A stretch of DNA of 64,000 bases from Longimicrobiales bacterium (GTDB lineage Bacteria > Gemmatimonadota > Gemmatimonadetes > Longimicrobiales > Gaopeijiaceae), in assembly GCA_965116905.1 (NCBI GenBank), contig OZ220732.1, positions 2,560,001 through 2,624,000 on the forward strand, given 5' to 3'. Positions 59,468-64,000 of the stretch are shown piece after piece. A program made the translations under genes and the position numbers. Each line of letters starts with the position of its first letter. The first letter of the stretch is position 1. The notes below the pieces were generated by a model. It was not told the origin of the DNA, ran no database searches, and was given only the letters and a program-made list of their open reading frames with translations.

Positions 59468-60380
59468 AGCCGGGGTGTCCTCGATGCCCCCGGAACTGGC
59501 GCGCGCCGTGACCGTGGTCGGCCTGGGGGTCATGGGGGGATCGGTTGTGAAATCGCTTCGCCGCCGGCACCCCGAAGTGCCCGTCCACGGCATCGAGCCC
59601 GATCCCTGTAGCGCCGAGCTTGCCGCGGGCGACGGCGTGCGGCTCGCCGACTCGCTGGACCGGTGTCCGCTCGCCAGCGGTGTCGTGCTCTTCGCAACGC
59701 CGCTCGACACGACCGCATCCCTGGTCGGCGAGACCGCCGCGGTGTGGAGCAAGGCCGGGCTGGCGACCGATGTGGCCAGCCTCAAGGCTCCGGTGCTCGA
59801 GGCCGCCGCGGCCCATGGAGCGTCGGCAGCCCGCACGTTTGTCGGTGCGCACCCGATGACCGGGTCCGAGCGTTCGGGCTACGCGGCCGCGCGGGCGGAT
59901 CTCTTCGAGGACGCCGATGTCTGGATCAGCCCCTGCGCTTCCGTGGGTGTGGACGGCGGCCCCGGAGTGGCGAAAGCGGAAGCCGACGCCCACGCCGATG
60001 CCGTGCGACGAGCGTCCGCATTCTGGCAGGCCCTCGGCGCCCGCCCGCGAGTCGTCGGCGCGGAGGAGCACGATCGCGCGATGTCCTGGGCGAGCCACCT
60101 TCCGCAACTCGTGGCCAGCGCGCTTGCCGCCACCCTGGCCGATGCCGGGATCCCGCGGGCGGCCCTCGGTCCGGGGGGACGGGATGCCACGCGTATCGCG
60201 GGATCCAGTCCCGGGATGTGGATCCCCTTGCTCCGGGCCGCCGCCGCGGCTGACGCCCGGGCCCTGGCCGCGCTGGAGGAGCGCATCGGCACCGTGCGCA
60301 GGATGTTGGAACAGGGCGACATCGACGGAGTGGCGCAGTTGCTGGAGTACGGGAGGCACTGGTGCGATCCGCAGCCCTGA
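59460..60380 (+). CDS. tyrA: Prephenate/arogenate dehydrogenase
   Basis: VVGLGVMGGS, TDVASLK, GAHPMTGSERSG, HDRAM...SHLPQL, G.RD.TRIA. Confidence 0.9.
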   Translation: MSEAGVSSMPPELARAVTVVGLGVMGGSVVKSLRRRHPEVPVHGIEPDPCSAELAAGDGVRLADSLDRCPLASGVVLFATPLDTTASLVGETAAVWSKAGLATDVASLKAPVLEAAAAHGASAARTFVGAHPMTGSERSGYAAARADLFEDADVWISPCASVGVDGGPGVAKAEADAHADAVRRASAFWQALGARPRVVGAEEHDRAMSWASHLPQLVASALAATLADAGIPRAALGPGGRDATRIAGSSPGMWIPLLRAAAAADARALAALEERIGTVRRMLEQGDIDGVAQLLEYGRHWCDPQP

Positions 60381-62455
60381 GCATTCGGGTTCCAGGCGAC
60401 AAGTCCATCACCCAGCGCGCCCTCATTCTGGGTGCCATGGCGGACGGCGAGAGCCGAATCGAGGGTGCGCTCAGGGGGGCGGATCCGCTGGCGACCGGGC
60501 GCGCTCTGGCCAGGCTCGGCGTGGAGATCGACGGCCTGGACGCCGGCGAGGACCGAGTGGTGCGAATCGCGGGCCGCGGCCTCCGGTCGTGGAGGAGCCC
60601 CGGGACCACGCTCGACCTGTGCAACAGCGGCACGGGCGTTCGCCTCCTTGCCGGCGCGCTGGCGGCCCAGCCGCTCACGGCGGTCCTCGCGGGCGATGAA
60701 TCGCTTTCGCGCCGACCGATGAACAGGATCACGGATCCGCTGCGGCGCATGGGCGCATCGATCCGATACCTCGAGAGTCCCGGCGTTCTCCCGCTTCAGA
60801 TCGAGGGTGGGCGCCTGGAGGGGATCAGCCACGACGGGCGGGTAGCCAGCGCGCAGGTCAAGAGCGCCATCCTTCTGGCCGGTGTGGGGGCCGGCGTGGG
60901 CGTGGAGGTCCGGGAGCCGCGACGCTCGCGCGACCACAGCGAGCGAATGCTCGAGGGGATGGGGGTGGAGGTGGTGGAAGGGGAGGCCGCGGGGGGCTGG
61001 AGGGTGCGCGTGACGGATCCTCCGCCTCGACTGTCACCGTTGGAGATGCGCGTCCCGGGCGACTTCTCGTCGGCCGCGTTCCTCCTGGCGTGGGCGGCGC
61101 TGGTGGGGTGCGGAGATCGCCTTGCGGTGGAGGCCGTGGGCTTGAATGGGACACGGACGGGCCTGCTGCCGGTTCTTGGCCGGATGGGGGCCGACATTCG
61201 GGTCGTGGGCCGCCGCAGCACGGGTGGCGAGGCCGTAGGCGACCTGGCCGTGGCGGCCGAAGCGACCGTGCTCCGGGGGGTGGCGGTGGGGGAGGACGAG
61301 ATTCCCGGAATGATCGACGAGGTGCCGATCCTGGCCGTCCTGGCGGCGCGCGCCGAGGGCGTTTCACGCATTACCGGAGCCGGGGAACTCAGGGTGAAGG
61401 AGTCGGACCGGCTCGCGGCCCTCGCGACGAACCTGCGCCGGATCGGGGTCCGCGCCGAGGAACTCGCCGACGGCCTCGAGATCGAAGGCACCGATGCGCC
61501 TCTGGCCGGCAGGGTCCGAAGTTTTGACGACCATCGGATCGCGATGGCGTTCGGTGTCCTCGGGGCCACGCCCGGCTGCGATATCCGCATCGACGATCCG
61601 GCGACGGCGGGCGTCAGCTTCCCCGGCTTCTGGGATCTTCTCGGCCGGATACGCGCATGGCAGGCAACCCTGGGCACCGATACGCGGCGCCCCCCACACG
61701 ACGCGCCGGATGCCCCCGGATCCGCCGAGGCGAGGGTTGCGGGGTGCCCGGTCGTTGCGATCGACGGCTCGGCCGGATCGGGGAAGTCCACGACCGCGGC
61801 GGCCGTGGCCAGCGAGCTCGGCTACCGGCATCTGGATTCGGGCGCGATCTACCGGGCCGTCACGCTGGGCCTTCTCGATCGGGACCCCGAAATGCCCGGG
61901 CGGGCCGGCTCGTCCGCGCCGGCCGCGACCCCCGCGCCGGCCGTCACCCCCGAGGATCTGGAAGCTCTGGACATCGCCATCGAGTGGGATGGCTGCGCGA
62001 TGGCGGTGCGGATGCGCGGGGCACGGGTTCCCGAGGAAGCGTTGAGGGCAGCACGCGTCACCCGCGCGGTCTCCGCGGTCTCGGCGCTCGCGGTGGTACG
62101 CGAACACCTGTTGGAGTTGCAGCGCGCGGCCGCCGTGGGGCCCGGGCTGGTGGCGGAGGGCCGCGACATGGGCACCGTGGTCTTCCCGGACGCGGTGGCC
62201 AAGATCTACCTGGACGCGCACCCGCGTGAACGCGCCCGGCGCCGCATCCTGCAACGGGGCGGAACCCCGAACGCGGCGGAGGTCGGGAAGGAGGCGCAAA
62301 GGCTGGAAATGCGGGACAAACGCGACTCCACGCGGGTGCTCGCGCCCCTTGCCCGCGCAGGCGATGCCGTACTCCTTGATACGACCGACATGGACCCGAG
62401 GGCCCAGACAGAGGCGGTCGTACGCCTCGTGAGGTCGGTCGAGGCCTCCCGCTGA
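60362..62455 (+). CDS. aroA: EPSP synthase - cytidylate kinase fusion (AroA-Cmk)
   Basis: PGDKSITQR, NSGT, SAQVKSA, RDHSE, ELRVKESDR, DDHRIAM, then Cmk VAIDGSAGSGKST, DSGAIYRA, EGRDMGTVVFPDA. Confidence 0.95.
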   Translation: MRSAALSIRVPGDKSITQRALILGAMADGESRIEGALRGADPLATGRALARLGVEIDGLDAGEDRVVRIAGRGLRSWRSPGTTLDLCNSGTGVRLLAGALAAQPLTAVLAGDESLSRRPMNRITDPLRRMGASIRYLESPGVLPLQIEGGRLEGISHDGRVASAQVKSAILLAGVGAGVGVEVREPRRSRDHSERMLEGMGVEVVEGEAAGGWRVRVTDPPPRLSPLEMRVPGDFSSAAFLLAWAALVGCGDRLAVEAVGLNGTRTGLLPVLGRMGADIRVVGRRSTGGEAVGDLAVAAEATVLRGVAVGEDEIPGMIDEVPILAVLAARAEGVSRITGAGELRVKESDRLAALATNLRRIGVRAEELADGLEIEGTDAPLAGRVRSFDDHRIAMAFGVLGATPGCDIRIDDPATAGVSFPGFWDLLGRIRAWQATLGTDTRRPPHDAPDAPGSAEARVAGCPVVAIDGSAGSGKSTTAAAVASELGYRHLDSGAIYRAVTLGLLDRDPEMPGRAGSSAPAATPAPAVTPEDLEALDIAIEWDGCAMAVRMRGARVPEEALRAARVTRAVSAVSALAVVREHLLELQRAAAVGPGLVAEGRDMGTVVFPDAVAKIYLDAHPRERARRRILQRGGTPNAAEVGKEAQRLEMRDKRDSTRVLAPLARAGDAVLLDTTDMDPRAQTEAVVRLVRSVEASR

Positions 62456-62686
62456 ATGCCGGATTGCACTATGCTTTAAGACTATACCTTCGGCGGGACG
62501 CGACCCCATGGTTCCGGCCAGGCGGGTCCGGTCGCCCCTATGAAGGAGCATGGAGAATACACCGGCGGCGGGCTACCGCACGGGGAGGTCCGTCCAGCCC
62601 TCGTTTCATTCAATCCGGCCTCCCGCGCGTCCCAACGGGCCGGCAATAGTATCGGAGCGCCGGCATCGAAGCCGGCGGTGCATGCC

Positions 62687-64000
62687 ATGACCGAACCCCA
62701 GGAATCTCCCCCGGCCCCCGAAGGCCTCGACCCCACGACCGAAACCACGACCGAAACCCCGACCGACGGCACCGGCCTTCCCGACGAAATCTCGCCGGAG
62801 CTGTTCAGCGATCCATATGGCGAAGAAGTCCTCGATGTCTCTCGCGACGACTTCGAGGCGATGCTCTCCGAACACCAGACCGCCCGCGGCGACATCCGCG
62901 AGGGTCAGGTCGTACAGGCCAGGGTTCTGCGGACGACCGAGTCTACCGTCATCCTCGAATTCGGATTCAAGAGCGAGGGAGCGGTACCGCTCGACGAGTT
63001 CAAGGACCCCGACTCCATCGAGCCGGGGCAGGACGTTGAAGTACTGCTCGAGAGCCTCGAGGACGAAGACGGCGTCGTCGTCCTGTCCAAGAAGAAGGCG
63101 GACTTCCTCAGGGTCTGGGAGCTGATCAAGGACGCGTTCGAGAGCGACCAGCCGGTCAAGGGGCTCCTGACGCGGAAGATCAAGGGAGGTGTCACGGTCG
63201 ACATCATGGGCGTCGACGCCTTCCTCCCCGGTTCCCAGATTGCCCTTCGCAGGGTTCCGAACATCGAGGACCTGATCGGCGAAACCTACGACTTCAAGAT
63301 CATCAAGCTGAACAAGCGGCGGCGCAATATCGTCGTGTCCCGGCGTGTCATCCTCGAGCGGGAGCGCAAGAAAAAGCGTTCGACGCTGGTCAAGGAGCTG
63401 CTCACCGGCCAGGTGCGGGAGGGGGTCGTCAAGAACATCACCGACTTCGGGGCGTTTATCGACCTCGGCGGTCTCGACGGCCTGCTGCACATCACCGACA
63501 TGTCGTGGGGCAGGGTCGGGCACCCGTCCGAGGTGGTGAACATCGGTGCGAGCCTCGACATCAAGGTGCTGGACATCGACTGGGACCGCGAACGCATCTC
63601 GCTGGGACTCAAGCAGTTGCTCCCGTATCCGTGGACGGACATCGAGGAGCGCTACCCCGTGGGGGCCCGCGTCCGCGGCAAGGTCGTGTCGATCACGAAC
63701 TACGGGGCGTTCGTCGAGCTTCAGAAGGGCGTCGAGGGACTGGTCCACATCTCCGAGATGTCCTGGACCCGCAACGTGCGGCACCCGTCCAAGCTCGTGT
63801 CGATCGGGGACGAGATCGAGGCCGTGGTGCTGAAGGTGGACCCGAAGGACCAGAAGATCTCCCTCGGGATGAAGCAGATCGAAGAGGATCCCTGGCTGGC
63901 GCTGCCGCTCAAGTATCCGACGGGAACCCGGCTGACCGGCACGGTGCGCAACCTCACCTCCTTCGGGGCGTTCGTCGAAATCGAGCCCGGGATCGACGGA
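62687..64000 (+). CDS. rpsA: 30S ribosomal protein S1 (partial, runs off the window)
   Basis: Manual translation: FGFKSEG, AFLPGSQI, VKNITDFGAFIDLGGLDGLLHITDMSW, YGAFVEL..GVEGLVHISEMSW. An in-frame ATG at 62540 is an alternative start. Confidence 0.97.
   Translation, partial: MTEPQESPPAPEGLDPTTETTTETPTDGTGLPDEISPELFSDPYGEEVLDVSRDDFEAMLSEHQTARGDIREGQVVQARVLRTTESTVILEFGFKSEGAVPLDEFKDPDSIEPGQDVEVLLESLEDEDGVVVLSKKKADFLRVWELIKDAFESDQPVKGLLTRKIKGGVTVDIMGVDAFLPGSQIALRRVPNIEDLIGETYDFKIIKLNKRRRNIVVSRRVILERERKKKRSTLVKELLTGQVREGVVKNITDFGAFIDLGGLDGLLHITDMSWGRVGHPSEVVNIGASLDIKVLDIDWDRERISLGLKQLLPYPWTDIEERYPVGARVRGKVVSITNYGAFVELQKGVEGLVHISEMSWTRNVRHPSKLVSIGDEIEAVVLKVDPKDQKISLGMKQIEEDPWLALPLKYPTGTRLTGTVRNLTSFGAFVEIEPGIDG

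Noticed and set aside
62550..62690. 46-codon ORF whose TGA overlaps the rpsA ATG
   Set aside because: Its AAGGAG is only 1 nt from the ATG and the peptide has no recognisable features; more likely 5' UTR or an rpsA N-terminal extension.

Overview
High-GC bacterial chromosomal window. Gene content suggests Gemmatimonadota, possibly a marine or sponge-associated lineage (inference only: many secreted CarboxypepD_reg/plug proteins, PD40-amidohydrolases, S9 peptidases and a propeller lipoprotein). From left to right: (1) a Zur-type zinc-uptake locus (partial ZnuD-like TonB receptor, DUF2946-like leader ORF ending in RAPP, Fur-family regulator, DUF3299, divergent DUF2796/ZrgA, two matching 22-bp operator boxes); (2) VapBC and an in-frame fused HicA-HicB; (3) metH-yitJ behind a SAM-II riboswitch, and a PLP decarboxylase; (4) a three-gene operon of a GPP34/GOLPH3-cytochrome P450 fusion, an AT3 acyltransferase and an RND permease with no adaptor, next to an orphan HipB-like regulator; (5) a large block of secreted peptidases and amidohydrolases; (6) an outer-membrane beta-barrel gene carrying an in-frame MITE, arginase and tRNA-Leu(UAA); (7) apaG, MscS, CopCD and a Tat-exported class V aminotransferase; (8) the core rnz-tyrA-aroA/cmk-rpsA cluster. 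No CRISPR array, prophage or transposase was seen. All family calls come from motif recognition by eye, not database searches.
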